Of a stretch of DNA of 64,000 bases, positions 1 to 9,322 are shown one piece after another; within the stretch, counting starts at the first letter, position 1; every line of letters starts with the position of its first letter. This DNA comes from Candidatus Nomurabacteria bacterium. GTDB taxonomy: Bacteria; Patescibacteriota; Saccharimonadia; Saccharimonadales; CAIOMD01. The notes below the pieces were generated by a model that saw nothing but the letters and a program-made list of their open reading frames with translations, ran no database searches and was not told the origin of the DNA. The stretch covers positions 243,538 to 307,537 of the forward strand of contig JACKGO010000001.1 of assembly GCA_020631975.1 (NCBI GenBank), written 5' to 3'. The position numbers and the translations under genes are program-made.

Positions 1-51
1 TGTTATGCGGAGGTATAATTGCCTCTTTTTGCTTTGCCATCACTCTTAATT

Positions 52-1581
52 TTACTCTAATACTTCAGCCGAGCCAAAAACTCCGCGTATTTTACTTAAC
101 ATAGCATCTTTTTCTTCGCTGACTGATCTGTTAATAACAGTAGAGGCTATTCTTTGATCTGAGTCATTATCACATACAATTTCAAAATTGCCATACCCTA
201 GGCTGGCGAGCTTTTGGCTTATAATGTCTTTGTTTTTTGATTCATTGATTCTTTTTTTATGGAATGGAAAAGCAAAACTTAGACGTATTGTATTGTTATT
301 AGCTTTACTATAATCTACTTCAGCCATCCGTAAAACACTATAGAGTGTATTATGTGTCGTCCTAACGTCTTCTAATAATGAATGCCATCCTTCATCTGTC
401 AACTCTTTTGTATCTATTGATTGATGTTCTTTTGGCACGGCTATGTTCGTTTTTGGTGTAGCTACTTGTGAAGGGGGTAATTCTTTTACGGCACTACTCT
501 GTGATTTTTTAGAAGCGCGCTTGGTATCGTCATCTGCGTGTACTTTACGTACAGGTGCTGCACTTTGGTGAGCTGTTTTCTTAGGGCTTAAGGACAAATC
601 GGTTACTTTATGTGAGTTATCTGTCGGATGAATACTTTGTAGTAGCGCAACACGCAAACGAACATCCTCTTGATTGGAAAGTTCTACTTGCAGTAATCCT
701 TGGAGTAATTGGGTAATATACTCTAGTGGCATTGCTGTAGTGTTATTTTGTATTTGCTTTGTAAGTTCGTCAATGAGTGAACGAGACAGTGCAGCTGATG
801 ACACTGCGCTTACTTGAGCCTCGTGTAGGTGTTCGAGTACTAAGGCGGCATCTTGTGCACGCAAAGCACTAAGTATATCATGTACGATTTCATCACTTGG
901 AACACCAATATGTTGCCTGATGTCGTCTGCAGTAATAACGTCACCTATATGACGAGCGTGGTCTAATATACTTAGTGCGTCACGCAAACTGCCACCACTT
1001 GATTGTGCGATAACTGTTAGCGCACTAGGCTCTATGCCTATGGATTCTTTTGTACAAATATCAGCAAGGTGGTCTATCACTTCTTTTTGGGTGGCTAAGG
1101 TAAAATTGTATCGTTGCGTCCTTGATGTGATTGTTTCTGGCAGTTTATGACTTTCTGTAGTTGCAAGAATAAAAATTACGTGTGCGGGCGGCTCTTCTAG
1201 TGTTTTCAACAATGCATTAAAGGCAGGTGTTGTTAGCATGTGCACTTCATCAATAATATACACCTTATATGGCCCGACGATTGGCGCTATTCTTACTTTT
1301 TCACGTAGATCGCGAACCTGCTCTATTCCTCTATTACTCGCGGCATCAATTTCTATAATATCTACCGGTAGCTCTTCGTCATTATAAGGTACGTCATTGA
1401 TAGCGTAGGCGAATATCCTCGCAATACTCGTTTTTCCGACGCCTCTAGGCCCTGTAAATAAGTAGGCGTGACTCATTTGTTTACGTTTTAAAGAGTGCGA
1501 CAATGCAGTCACAACGCCTTTTTGGCCGACGATTTCATCAAATGACCTTGAACGGTACTTTCTATATAACGCTTGCGACAT
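52..1581 (-). CDS. dnaX: DNA polymerase III subunit gamma/tau
   Basis: N-terminal GPRGVGKTS Walker A, clamp-loader AAA+ core, and a long Lys/Ser/Pro-rich tau-like C-terminal region. Confidence 0.9.
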   Translation of the reverse strand: MSQALYRKYRSRSFDEIVGQKGVVTALSHSLKRKQMSHAYLFTGPRGVGKTSIARIFAYAINDVPYNDEELPVDIIEIDAASNRGIEQVRDLREKVRIAPIVGPYKVYIIDEVHMLTTPAFNALLKTLEEPPAHVIFILATTESHKLPETITSRTQRYNFTLATQKEVIDHLADICTKESIGIEPSALTVIAQSSGGSLRDALSILDHARHIGDVITADDIRQHIGVPSDEIVHDILSALRAQDAALVLEHLHEAQVSAVSSAALSRSLIDELTKQIQNNTTAMPLEYITQLLQGLLQVELSNQEDVRLRVALLQSIHPTDNSHKVTDLSLSPKKTAHQSAAPVRKVHADDDTKRASKKSQSSAVKELPPSQVATPKTNIAVPKEHQSIDTKELTDEGWHSLLEDVRTTHNTLYSVLRMAEVDYSKANNNTIRLSFAFPFHKKRINESKNKDIISQKLASLGYGNFEIVCDNDSDQRIASTVINRSVSEEKDAMLSKIRGVFGSAEVLE

Positions 1582-1639
1582 TCTTCCCCTCTTTTACCTA
1601 TAGTATACCGCTAAGGCACTTATTTGTCTGTTGTAGTTA

Positions 1640-2227
1640 CTACAGAATATCGTTGGCTTGAGCCGATTTGTAGCATGCACCACATAATGATTCGTATTCT
1701 ACATTATCTTGCCCATCTATAGCCACCTGAGAGCCTTCAAATACTAATTTTCCACCTATTTTTCTCCCATTAAATATTGCTTTTTGACCACACCGGCATA
1801 TCGTTTTTAGTTCTTGTAAATCATGGGCAATTTCTAATAAGCGGGTCGCTCCAGGAAACCCATGTGTCTGAAAATCTGTTCGTAAACCATAAGCAATCGT
1901 CGGGATATTATCTGTGATTGCGACATCAAACAGTTGGTCTACTTGCTGTGGTTGTAAAAATTGTGCTTCGTCTACCAGGACACAGGCCACTGAACCAAGG
2001 CTAAGATTACGTACATGGTGTGCGATATCCATATCAGGCGGTATTAGAAAGTCTACTTCTCTAGCCGTACCTATTCTAGACACAATCATACTATCACCTT
2101 TTGTATCAACGATAGGTTTTGTGACAATAACAGACATACCACGTTCTTCATAGTTATATGCAGTTTGCAATAGCGATGTAGACTTACCACTATTCATTGC
2201 ACTATACCGAAAATAGAGCTTTGCCAA
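1640..2227 (-). CDS. tdk: thymidine kinase
   Basis: MAKLYFRYSAMNSGKSTSLLQ P-loop and C-terminal CxxC...CxxC zinc ribbon typical of type II Tdk; 195 aa. Confidence 0.9.
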   Translation of the reverse strand: MAKLYFRYSAMNSGKSTSLLQTAYNYEERGMSVIVTKPIVDTKGDSMIVSRIGTAREVDFLIPPDMDIAHHVRNLSLGSVACVLVDEAQFLQPQQVDQLFDVAITDNIPTIAYGLRTDFQTHGFPGATRLLEIAHDLQELKTICRCGQKAIFNGRKIGGKLVFEGSQVAIDGQDNVEYESLCGACYKSAQANDIL

Positions 2228-2271
2228 TTGCTACTCCTTATTGATTGCACTATTACTGTGTTCTAGTATAT

Positions 2272-2296
2272 AAAAAAGACGACTAAATGTCGTCTT
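2272..2296 (-). terminator. intrinsic terminator after the 169-aa hypothetical gene
   Basis: Minus-strand hairpin AAGACGAC-ATTTA-GTCGTCTT followed by TTTTTT. Confidence 0.5.
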
Positions 2297-2317
2297 AATT
2301 ATACGTTGGCTAATAGT

Positions 2318-2827
2318 TTACAAGGCAGCTTCTATAGCAGCCCATTCAGCATCTGCGTCGTCTTCTGGAATATTAACACTTATCTGATCACCAGGTTTCG
2401 CCTTAAAGTAAGTCACACTGGCAAGTAGAACACGATACATTTTTTCGCCTACTTCTACAAAGTAGTGGCCTTCTTTTTGTATAAGCATACCTACTACTTG
2501 TTTACGTGGAATGGGCCCAATCTGCTTGTACATAAACGCACCATCATCACCAATGGTAAGCTTTAAGATATCACCTTGTACGAGTTTAGACTTACTAGCA
2601 TAATTGGCTGGCACAGGGTAGGTCTTGCCATCAGAACCAACCATGTTCTGACCATCAAACACACCTTCTAGTATTTTGCCACCTATATTTTCCTTGGCAT
2701 GAGCAGTCATTTCTGGGTCTTCACCCACTAAACTCACCAATAGTTCATGGGCAGCTTGTAAATTTGTTTCTGCTTCTCTGATTAGCGCTTTCAAGCGCTT
2801 TACTTGCTTCTCTGGTAAATCGGACAT
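2318..2827 (-). CDS. hypothetical protein (169 aa)
   Basis: Intact ORF with its own terminator; no recognisable motif. Confidence 0.45.
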   Translation of the reverse strand: MSDLPEKQVKRLKALIREAETNLQAAHELLVSLVGEDPEMTAHAKENIGGKILEGVFDGQNMVGSDGKTYPVPANYASKSKLVQGDILKLTIGDDGAFMYKQIGPIPRKQVVGMLIQKEGHYFVEVGEKMYRVLLASVTYFKAKPGDQISVNIPEDDADAEWAAIEAAL

Positions 2828-3000
2828 CGCAGCTTCTCCTTTTTCTGTTTTTCTACTAAAACACCTTTTAAAGTCCTTGTCATAACCGTAGCATATAATA
2901 CGATATTACGCAATTATTATGTACCTATTCTGTGGAAAACTAACATTTTTATATATTTATATACAGCTATTAATAGCGTTGTATATAAAGTAACAAAACA

Positions 3001-4233
3001 CTACCCCAGCAGTTGCTCTACCAATTCTTGATTTACGTTGATACCAGTTTTTAAATGAATAACAGTTTTACCATGTTGCCGCTGAGCATATTGATATGCA
3101 GCTACATCAGCGATCATGCTTGCTGGCTCTTGCAACCCAAAGAATGGGTCTACACTATGGTTGGCGTACACTTCCATTAAATTCATATAGATACTATCTA
3201 GATGTCTTTTATAGCCGTTCGCTAATTGGCTATTAGTCACTAGTACTGTATTAGAAACGTATGGTAGGGCCTGTAAGCCGTGGGCTCCTATTGTTCGCAC
3301 CGCAGCCCCATCTGCGAATGCATTCACATCTCCTGCGACCGGCACTGCTTTTAGTTGATTGTGCTTTTTAAAGTATTGCCAACTTTGCACGGCACTATCA
3401 GCGCCTTCTAGCTGTGCCAATACAACTTCTGGTCTTGCGTTAGCATCTGGGTAAATTGTACGGAGTGCTTTCATAATACCTGCCAGCAAGCCACCTCCTC
3501 CAACAGGTACTACCAATATTACTTCGCTTGGGTTTATCTGCTGTTTTTGCAGCTCACGAGCGACAGCATACCCAACCATACTTTGCCCACTTACAGTTAG
3601 GTCGTTATCGTACGGATGAATAAGTGTTGCACCTTTTAAATTATCTGTACGTTGGCAAGCCGCTTCATAGGCTTCGTCGTAAGTGTTGCCATGAACGACA
3701 ATACTTACATCATCACCACCAATATTTTTAATACCCTCTAATTTTACTGGTGCGACACTAGATGGAACATATATGTCAGCGTGTACACGCCGTCCATTTC
3801 TACCGCTAAAAGAATGTGCATCGAATAATTCATTCAGGCGCCGAACTCCCATTGCTACGCCCTGTGCATGGTTCCCAACGCTCGCCGTAACTACCCCATG
3901 CTCAAGGAGCTGATGATAATCTACCGATGCAATAGCATTCCATGCGCCACGAAATTTAAATGAACCTATGGGTGAATATGTAGCTAAGTCTAGTTGCATA
4001 AGCCGGTTGTTGCCAACATACTCTTGGCGATCTGTGAGTGGTGTAAGATTACCCATATGATCTTCAGGCAACAATAAGTCCATCCGAGCAGTCAGTGGTA
4101 ACCTATCATACACTGGAGTCACATAAGGTACATATTCTGCGCTTACATCATTCATAGTATGTTTAACAGACGTGAGGTCTAAGACCCCACTTCTAAATAA
4201 GCTGTGGTCATATTCTTTGGTTGCTGTTCTCAT
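3001..4233 (-). CDS. ilvA: threonine dehydratase (PLP-dependent, fold type II; catalytic domain only, N-terminal extension)
   Basis: PLP-lysine motif SFKFRGA, VVTASVGNHAQGVA, VPVGGGGLLAGI and FADGAAVRTIG all match the IlvA/TdcB family. No C-terminal ACT domain. Strong RBS AAGGAG before the ATG. Confidence 0.75.
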   Translation of the reverse strand: MRTATKEYDHSLFRSGVLDLTSVKHTMNDVSAEYVPYVTPVYDRLPLTARMDLLLPEDHMGNLTPLTDRQEYVGNNRLMQLDLATYSPIGSFKFRGAWNAIASVDYHQLLEHGVVTASVGNHAQGVAMGVRRLNELFDAHSFSGRNGRRVHADIYVPSSVAPVKLEGIKNIGGDDVSIVVHGNTYDEAYEAACQRTDNLKGATLIHPYDNDLTVSGQSMVGYAVARELQKQQINPSEVILVVPVGGGGLLAGIMKALRTIYPDANARPEVVLAQLEGADSAVQSWQYFKKHNQLKAVPVAGDVNAFADGAAVRTIGAHGLQALPYVSNTVLVTNSQLANGYKRHLDSIYMNLMEVYANHSVDPFFGLQEPASMIADVAAYQYAQRQHGKTVIHLKTGINVNQELVEQLLG

Positions 4234-4248
4234 AGTTACTCCTTATAT

Positions 4249-4280
4249 AAAAAATCCGCTCGGTAGTTGCCGAGCGGATG
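4249..4280 (-). terminator. attenuator terminator in the threonine dehydratase leader
   Basis: Minus-strand ATCCGCTCGG-CAACTA-CCGAGCGGAT followed by TTTTTTAT, ending 8 nt before the RBS. An upstream element CACCGAGCGG can pair with its 5' arm as an antiterminator. Confidence 0.5.
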
Positions 4281-4299
4281 TCTTTTTATTGTTGCACTA

Positions 4300-4371
4300 T
4301 TATTGCATCATTAAACAGACCGCTCGGTGCGGCATAATAATGATGGCAATAATTGCGCGTATAGCTTGCAT
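4300..4371 (-). CDS. Ile-rich leader peptide MQAIRAIIAIIIMPHRAVCLMMQ (23 aa)
   Basis: Six Ile codons (ATT/ATC) within eight codons. The Ile-codon segment is complementary to the segment spanning the leader stop codon (ATTATTGC-ATCATT / AATGATGCAATAAT). Confidence 0.45.
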   Translation of the reverse strand: MQAIRAIIAIIIMPHRAVCLMMQ

Positions 4372-4380
4372 ATACTTACG

Positions 4381-4410
4381 GTTATACGCCTTATAGCAGC
4401 ATGTTGTCAA
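4381..4410 (-). promoter_or_regulatory. sigma70-like promoter for the leader and threonine dehydratase transcript
   Basis: Minus-strand TTGACA, 18-nt spacer, TATAAC; a transcript starting here would begin a few nt before the leader-peptide ATG. Confidence 0.4.
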
Positions 4411-4411
4411 C

Positions 4412-4442
4412 TAAAAAACGCTCCGTACGTAACGGAGCGCTT
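4412..4442 (-). terminator. rplL intrinsic terminator
   Basis: Minus-strand GCGCTCCGT-TACGT-ACGGAGCG followed by TTTTTTAG, about 30 nt after the rplL stop. Confidence 0.6.
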
Positions 4443-4471
4443 AGTACACCGTAAGGTGCTTAGGTAGCTAC

Positions 4472-4882
4472 TTATGCTAATTCGACAGTTCCGCCAGCTT
4501 CTTCTAGAGCTTTTTTAGCGGCTTCTGCATCTTCTTTGTTAGCTTTTTCTAGCACTGGTTTTGGTGCACCATCTACAATAGCTTTTGATTCACCAAGGCC
4601 AAGCCCGGTAATTTCTTTGACTGCTTTGATAACAGCGACTTTCTGGCTACCAGCGTCTTTAAGAACAACATCAAATTCGCTCTTTTCATCAGCTGCTGGT
4701 GCACCACCGTCAGCTGCAGGCGCTGCAGCAACTGCAACGGCTGGTGCAGCTGCACTTACGTTCCAGTATTCTTCTAGAAACGTTACTAATTTGCTAATTT
4801 CTAGGGCACTTAATTTATCTAATTCTTTGACAATGCCTGCGAACTCTTTTGGCACTGTTACTTTGTTATCTGTCTCTGACAT
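4472..4882 (-). CDS. rplL: 50S ribosomal protein L7/L12
   Basis: Ala/Pro-rich hinge and C-terminal [45 protein letters not shown]. Confidence 0.95.
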   Translation of the reverse strand: MSETDNKVTVPKEFAGIVKELDKLSALEISKLVTFLEEYWNVSAAAPAVAVAAAPAADGGAPAADEKSEFDVVLKDAGSQKVAVIKAVKEITGLGLGESKAIVDGAPKPVLEKANKEDAEAAKKALEEAGGTVELA

Positions 4883-4901
4883 CGTATTATCTCCTTGTTC
4901 C

Positions 4902-5432
4902 TTAATTTATTGATTCTGCTCGGGCTGTTAAGGCATATAAAATACCCCGTTGGCTCCCTTGTAATACACGTATAAACGATGTAAGCGGAGCTGCAATTGT
5001 ACCAACTAATTGACCACGTAATTGATCTTTGCTTGGTAAGTTCGCGAGTGCTTTTACGTCATCTGCGTGTAAAAATAAACCTTCTGGTGTAATTGCTCCT
5101 ACAAACTCTAAACTTGGGTTCGTTTTTGCAAAAACATGGAGGCTCTGGGCGGGCGCTACTTCGTCTTCACTATTAAATGCATACACTAACTGCTCTACGA
5201 GCAAACCAGTATCAACATCCTTTAGTGCGTCAGTTTGCATCAGTGCTTGGCGGACTAATCTATTTTTTACTACCTTAATGACCGTCTGTGACTGTGTTGC
5301 ACTTTTTCTGAGTGCCTGCATATCTTTCACTGACAGGCCTTTGTACTTAGCGACTACTGTTAGTTTAGACGTAGCGAGTAGTTCAGCCACGTCTGCAACC
5401 ACTTGATGCTTTTGTTCTTTACTTAAAGCCAT
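4902..5432 (-). CDS. rplJ: 50S ribosomal protein L10
   Basis: [19 protein letters not shown] start with an AAGGA RBS. The listed ORF starts 34 codons earlier but lacks an RBS. Confidence 0.9.
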   Translation of the reverse strand: MALSKEQKHQVVADVAELLATSKLTVVAKYKGLSVKDMQALRKSATQSQTVIKVVKNRLVRQALMQTDALKDVDTGLLVEQLVYAFNSEDEVAPAQSLHVFAKTNPSLEFVGAITPEGLFLHADDVKALANLPSKDQLRGQLVGTIAAPLTSFIRVLQGSQRGILYALTARAESIN

Positions 5433-5642
5433 GTATATCCTTATGTGGGTTATGTAATTATATCGACCAAAATTTATTACTGTGCATATGTGGTAAAAAT
5501 AAAAAATCTTTGGCCACACGTGCACCAAAGACAATAAAACAAATCTTTACCTCGGTGACATTCTTATATCTCTTTATAGAGACGTCACTGTCTTTGGTTA
5601 AAGGTAATTGTAACAGATATCATGCCTCGTGACAAGCAAATA

Positions 5643-5671
5643 TTGTTATTATTACTGTTTTATGATATAAT
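5643..5671 (+). promoter_or_regulatory. promoter of the GGDEF gene (near-leaderless)
   Basis: TTGTTA, 17-nt spacer, TATAAT, with the -10 ending 6 nt before the ATG and no RBS. Confidence 0.4.
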
Positions 5672-5677
5672 ATTATT

Positions 5678-6409
5678 ATGGAATTAGGTAAGGACAGCTG
5701 GATGGATATGGCGAATCGTCTACGTAATGGCGGTCCTAGCGCAGTATTAGCGAGATTCGCTCTTATGCTGGCGGGAAATGCTGCTTTGGCGGATCTTTTA
5801 GAACATGCAGCAAATTCAGATAAAGATAGCTTGACACATATACGTAATCGTGGAGCGCTTGAAGAAGATATAAAAGAGTTACTTTTGTCTCCAGAAAGTG
5901 GAGCGCTCATTGTAATAGACCTCGTTAACTTTGGGCAGGTAAATAACCAACGTGGCCAATCAGGTGGTGATAAGTTATTGCAAATTATAGCCGAGGGGCT
6001 CACGAGAGTCACAAGTAGGCGCCGCAACGATATAATATACACACAACACTCACGTACTGAACCGAGCCAACAAGACGAAGAAGGTTACCGTGTGGGTGGG
6101 GACGAATTTGTTGCACTATTAAAAAATGGTGATTCATTAAAAAATGCCGATATTGTTGCTATCACCCATACGAAACTTCGCCAAATACTAGAAGACCCCG
6201 CAGTCACCGAATTCCTTACTAGTGAAAATGACGATCCAGATAAAGTAATATCCTTATTTGGCATACGAGCAGGCGCGTGCATAATTGATGCGAATAAACA
6301 CGCGTCTTACGCTGATGTACAAAGTGACGCAGACCCTAAATTAGGTACCGTATGTGAATATCAGCTCCGACTCGTAGATGGTACATACGAGCTAGATTGT
6401 ACAATATAG
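5678..6409 (+). CDS. GGDEF-domain diguanylate cyclase (standalone, no sensor domain)
   Basis: DSLTHIRNR (DxLTGLxNR), IVIDLVNFGQVNNQRGQSGGDKLLQ and RVGGDEFVALL with an intact GGDEF motif. Confidence 0.75.
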   Translation: MELGKDSWMDMANRLRNGGPSAVLARFALMLAGNAALADLLEHAANSDKDSLTHIRNRGALEEDIKELLLSPESGALIVIDLVNFGQVNNQRGQSGGDKLLQIIAEGLTRVTSRRRNDIIYTQHSRTEPSQQDEEGYRVGGDEFVALLKNGDSLKNADIVAITHTKLRQILEDPAVTEFLTSENDDPDKVISLFGIRAGACIIDANKHASYADVQSDADPKLGTVCEYQLRLVDGTYELDCTI

Positions 6410-6562
6410 TTGCAAAAATAAACTAGCCAAGGCATACTATACGATATGCAACAAGTAATAACAGCAACGCGCAGTATGTATACACAGATTTTAGGTCTAG
6501 TGCTACTACGGTATGGTGCTGATTCTTTTGTTGCATAAAAACGAGCAAATACAAGAATACGG

Positions 6563-6590
6563 CACCGGGCAAGAAGCCCGGTTTTTTGTT
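6563..6590 (+). terminator. intrinsic terminator
   Basis: CACCGGGC-AAGAA-GCCCGGT followed by TTTTTTGTTTT. Confidence 0.55.
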
Positions 6591-6658
6591 TTACTGGCTC
6601 TGTTTACAGACAACCGTCTGTAGGCAGAGGCTCTCAAACAAATAGGGGTGATCAGTTC

Positions 6659-6877
6659 ATGGCTAAAAAGAAACTCGAAGGTAAGGCAAAGAAACAAATC
6701 GATGCTGCCTTACGACGACGTCACCAACAGCCTGCACTTGCTGCTAAACACTTGCGTGAAGTACTCGGATATATGTCACCAGACATTGTCTGGCAGCAAG
6801 TCGCAAGGACCAACCCAAGTGCAGTCAATGAACTCAAGGCGGTATTACGGACGCACCACATCGGCCGTCCCGCCTGA
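6659..6877 (+). CDS. hypothetical small basic protein (72 aa)
   Basis: ORF with a GGGGTGA RBS-like element 7 nt upstream; no similarity recognised. Confidence 0.3.
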   Translation: MAKKKLEGKAKKQIDAALRRRHQQPALAAKHLREVLGYMSPDIVWQQVARTNPSAVNELKAVLRTHHIGRPA

Positions 6878-7021
6878 GTCACCACATAAAAGTAGTGCAC
6901 CATCAACCGCACGCTTTTGCCATGCAGTACCCAGGGCGAAATGTACAACCATAGTAATCCTATTGTTGTACGGCATCAAACTACCACCAATTGTTTGATG
7001 CCCGCCCTGGGTCTGCAAACC

Positions 7022-9322
7022 CTACTTTTTGTCTAATACTTTCAACTTATATTGTGTATAGCGCTCTGCAGCAAGCCGGGTAAGTTCTGCGTCTTCGTCT
7101 TTATTTACAAAGCGCATTGCTTCTGACACCATCGGGTGTACTTCAGCAATTTTATCGTACATAATTTTTGCCAGTTTTCTATAACCTGGATGCCCTTGTG
7201 GGCTGGTACGCAGTTCTATAAAATGCATGGCTTCTCTGGCGTTCATGGTAGCCTTCCAACGCATTTTATGGCCAAATAACGTAGCATACTGTGATTCGGT
7301 GATTTTTTTGGCTGCTACCAAGTTACTATGTAGTTCTAGGCTTGTGTCAAATGAATCTAGGTAGGTTTCTGTCATGCCTGCCTTTTCTATAAGTTCGGGT
7401 ATATCATAGCCATACCGCGGAGTTAACGGTTGCCAGGCAAGATCACTTACCATCCTATGGCGCTGTAAATCTCTAAATATGCCGTAATCACATACGATAT
7501 CCCAACTATAAGTAATGCGTTCGAGCGCACGGCCAGGTTTGTGCCGGCGGTTAAGTCGCTCGCCAATATAACTACTAAATAGCTTAACCTTATGCTTGTA
7601 TGGTAGATCAGCAATTGCTGCATTGGCTTCTTGCTCGCTCATTGTAGTGTGTTCGTAGACCATGTGCGGTACGACGTCTAGTTCATTCTTAGGATAGTAA
7701 TGGGTGAGGGTTACTGCTGATTGATCTGAGCTGTAAGTTTCTGGTAAAAGTTTTTGAACAAGGGCATGCATTGCCTGTCTAGTGTCTGCCCGGTAGGCTA
7801 CAGTTGCGCCCCCACGCTCTGGCTTATCTGCCCGTTCTAAAAAGGCTGGTATGATTTTGCGGGCTTCTGTAAGCAATGCTTTACCGCATAAACGGGCTTC
7901 TTTTGAACCATCAGCCATCAGTCTCATTATGAGACTTTCTATTGCTTGGCCCGATGCGTATATTCCAACGGTACTTTTCGTAGCAACTGGCAGCATATAA
8001 CGGGCGGCGTCACAGGCTTGGGCACGAATAGCTGATCGCCATGCGCCATCACGCTCTTTTTGGGGGGTAGAGTCTGTTTTGTGCAAATAGTCAGTAATGC
8101 CCCGAACAGCCTTGGAGTAATTGTCAAATAATTGATCCATCGTTTTTATATATTGTTTTTTTGTAGCACTGCTGAGCGTTGTAGGCACGTAGTATTTATA
8201 ACGACCGCTCGCATCTTTTTGGTCATAATAGATATACCGAGTTGATTGCTCTAAATAAGAAGCTAAACGCCCCCATTCAATTTGCTTGGTAAGTAAATTA
8301 GATGCGTTTTCTACTACCATGTGTATACCTACAAGCTGCTGGACAGAATCGTCTCCGTACGCTGTAACGACTCGTTGTATTAAGCCTTCGTCTTTACCTG
8401 CTTTATCTACGAATTCATCTAGCAAGGTTACGCGCATGTCATCACCACGGCGGCTCAGGCGTGCCATCGCGGCAGCTACAGTTACTTGGTCTAGCGTGTC
8501 GTTAAACGCATATACGTTTGATTCGTTGTTAGTGACAATGCTAGATAATTTTTGGCGTCCTGCATCTGTAATTGTTATTGGGTTTGCTGTTGTATCTAAA
8601 TACGCTGCAGTTTGCGCATTAGGTTCATGACTACTTGGTGCACGTAAGATTGGTGGCGGGCTACTCATATGTACACTTGGTTGTGTTTTGGCTGGCTGTT
8701 TATTAAATAGTGCAGCGACATATTCCCATACATATCTAAATACTTTTTCAGACGATTCGTTTGCAAATACAACTGGGTAGCCTCTTTGTTTGGCTTCTAC
8801 TAGATAGCCTGCCCTTACTCTATCTAGAAAGCCAAGGTCTAGGTTGTCAAACCGTTCACCATGTTTGCGACGCTTCATGCGCTTACCTAGTTCATCAACA
8901 GGAGCATCAAGAATTACTGTAAGATCTGGTTCCATGTCTCCGACAGCAAAATTTATAATACTGGTTATCGTGTCATAGTCTGGCACATCACCCCGGCCGT
9001 AATATTGTATCGCTAACGTGGTGAGGTAGTTTCTGTCTACTAAACAAATAACACCTTGTTCGCGGGCTTGTTTAATAACTTCTAGCGACAACGCACGAGC
9101 TGCGTTATAAAGTAGCACCTCTGCTCTGGTATTAAGTGGATAGTTTGGATCTTGTGTAATCTGGCGAATAGCACGGGCTGATAAATGGCTTTGACTATCT
9201 GGTTCTCTGAACAAGCGGACTGCGTAACCATATTTTTGTAGCTGACGGGCGATTAGTTCTATTTGTGTAGTTTTACCAACTCCTTCTGGGCCTTCAAGAA
9301 CAATATAATAGCCTTTACTCAT
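7022..9322 (-). CDS. tmk-thyX: thymidylate kinase fused to tandem flavin-dependent thymidylate synthase (ThyX-ThyX)
   Basis: N-terminal GPEGVGKTTQ, FREPDS and VDRNYL are Tmk motifs. The C-terminal ~550 aa carry two ThyX-like repeats. The first has ARYMLP...SGQAIESLIMRLMAD and a degenerate WGRLASY in place of RHR. The second has QRHRMVSDL...Y, YATLFG and NAREAMHFIELR. Confidence 0.8.
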   Translation of the reverse strand: MSKGYYIVLEGPEGVGKTTQIELIARQLQKYGYAVRLFREPDSQSHLSARAIRQITQDPNYPLNTRAEVLLYNAARALSLEVIKQAREQGVICLVDRNYLTTLAIQYYGRGDVPDYDTITSIINFAVGDMEPDLTVILDAPVDELGKRMKRRKHGERFDNLDLGFLDRVRAGYLVEAKQRGYPVVFANESSEKVFRYVWEYVAALFNKQPAKTQPSVHMSSPPPILRAPSSHEPNAQTAAYLDTTANPITITDAGRQKLSSIVTNNESNVYAFNDTLDQVTVAAAMARLSRRGDDMRVTLLDEFVDKAGKDEGLIQRVVTAYGDDSVQQLVGIHMVVENASNLLTKQIEWGRLASYLEQSTRYIYYDQKDASGRYKYYVPTTLSSATKKQYIKTMDQLFDNYSKAVRGITDYLHKTDSTPQKERDGAWRSAIRAQACDAARYMLPVATKSTVGIYASGQAIESLIMRLMADGSKEARLCGKALLTEARKIIPAFLERADKPERGGATVAYRADTRQAMHALVQKLLPETYSSDQSAVTLTHYYPKNELDVVPHMVYEHTTMSEQEANAAIADLPYKHKVKLFSSYIGERLNRRHKPGRALERITYSWDIVCDYGIFRDLQRHRMVSDLAWQPLTPRYGYDIPELIEKAGMTETYLDSFDTSLELHSNLVAAKKITESQYATLFGHKMRWKATMNAREAMHFIELRTSPQGHPGYRKLAKIMYDKIAEVHPMVSEAMRFVNKDEDAELTRLAAERYTQYKLKVLDKK

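Noticed and set aside
4172-4396. 74-aa plus-strand ORF across the ilvA leader
   Set aside because: It is antisense to the promoter, leader-peptide and terminator architecture, which explains the region better; it has no RBS.
4536-4913. 125-aa plus-strand ORF and a 60-aa minus-strand ORF (4573..4755) overlapping rplL
   Set aside because: They lie entirely inside the well-supported L7/L12 gene, antisense or out of frame. Ala/Pro-rich low-complexity DNA generates open frames by chance.
5620-6042. 140-aa minus-strand ORF overlapping the GGDEF gene
   Set aside because: It is antisense to a motif-rich GGDEF ORF and has no conserved features.
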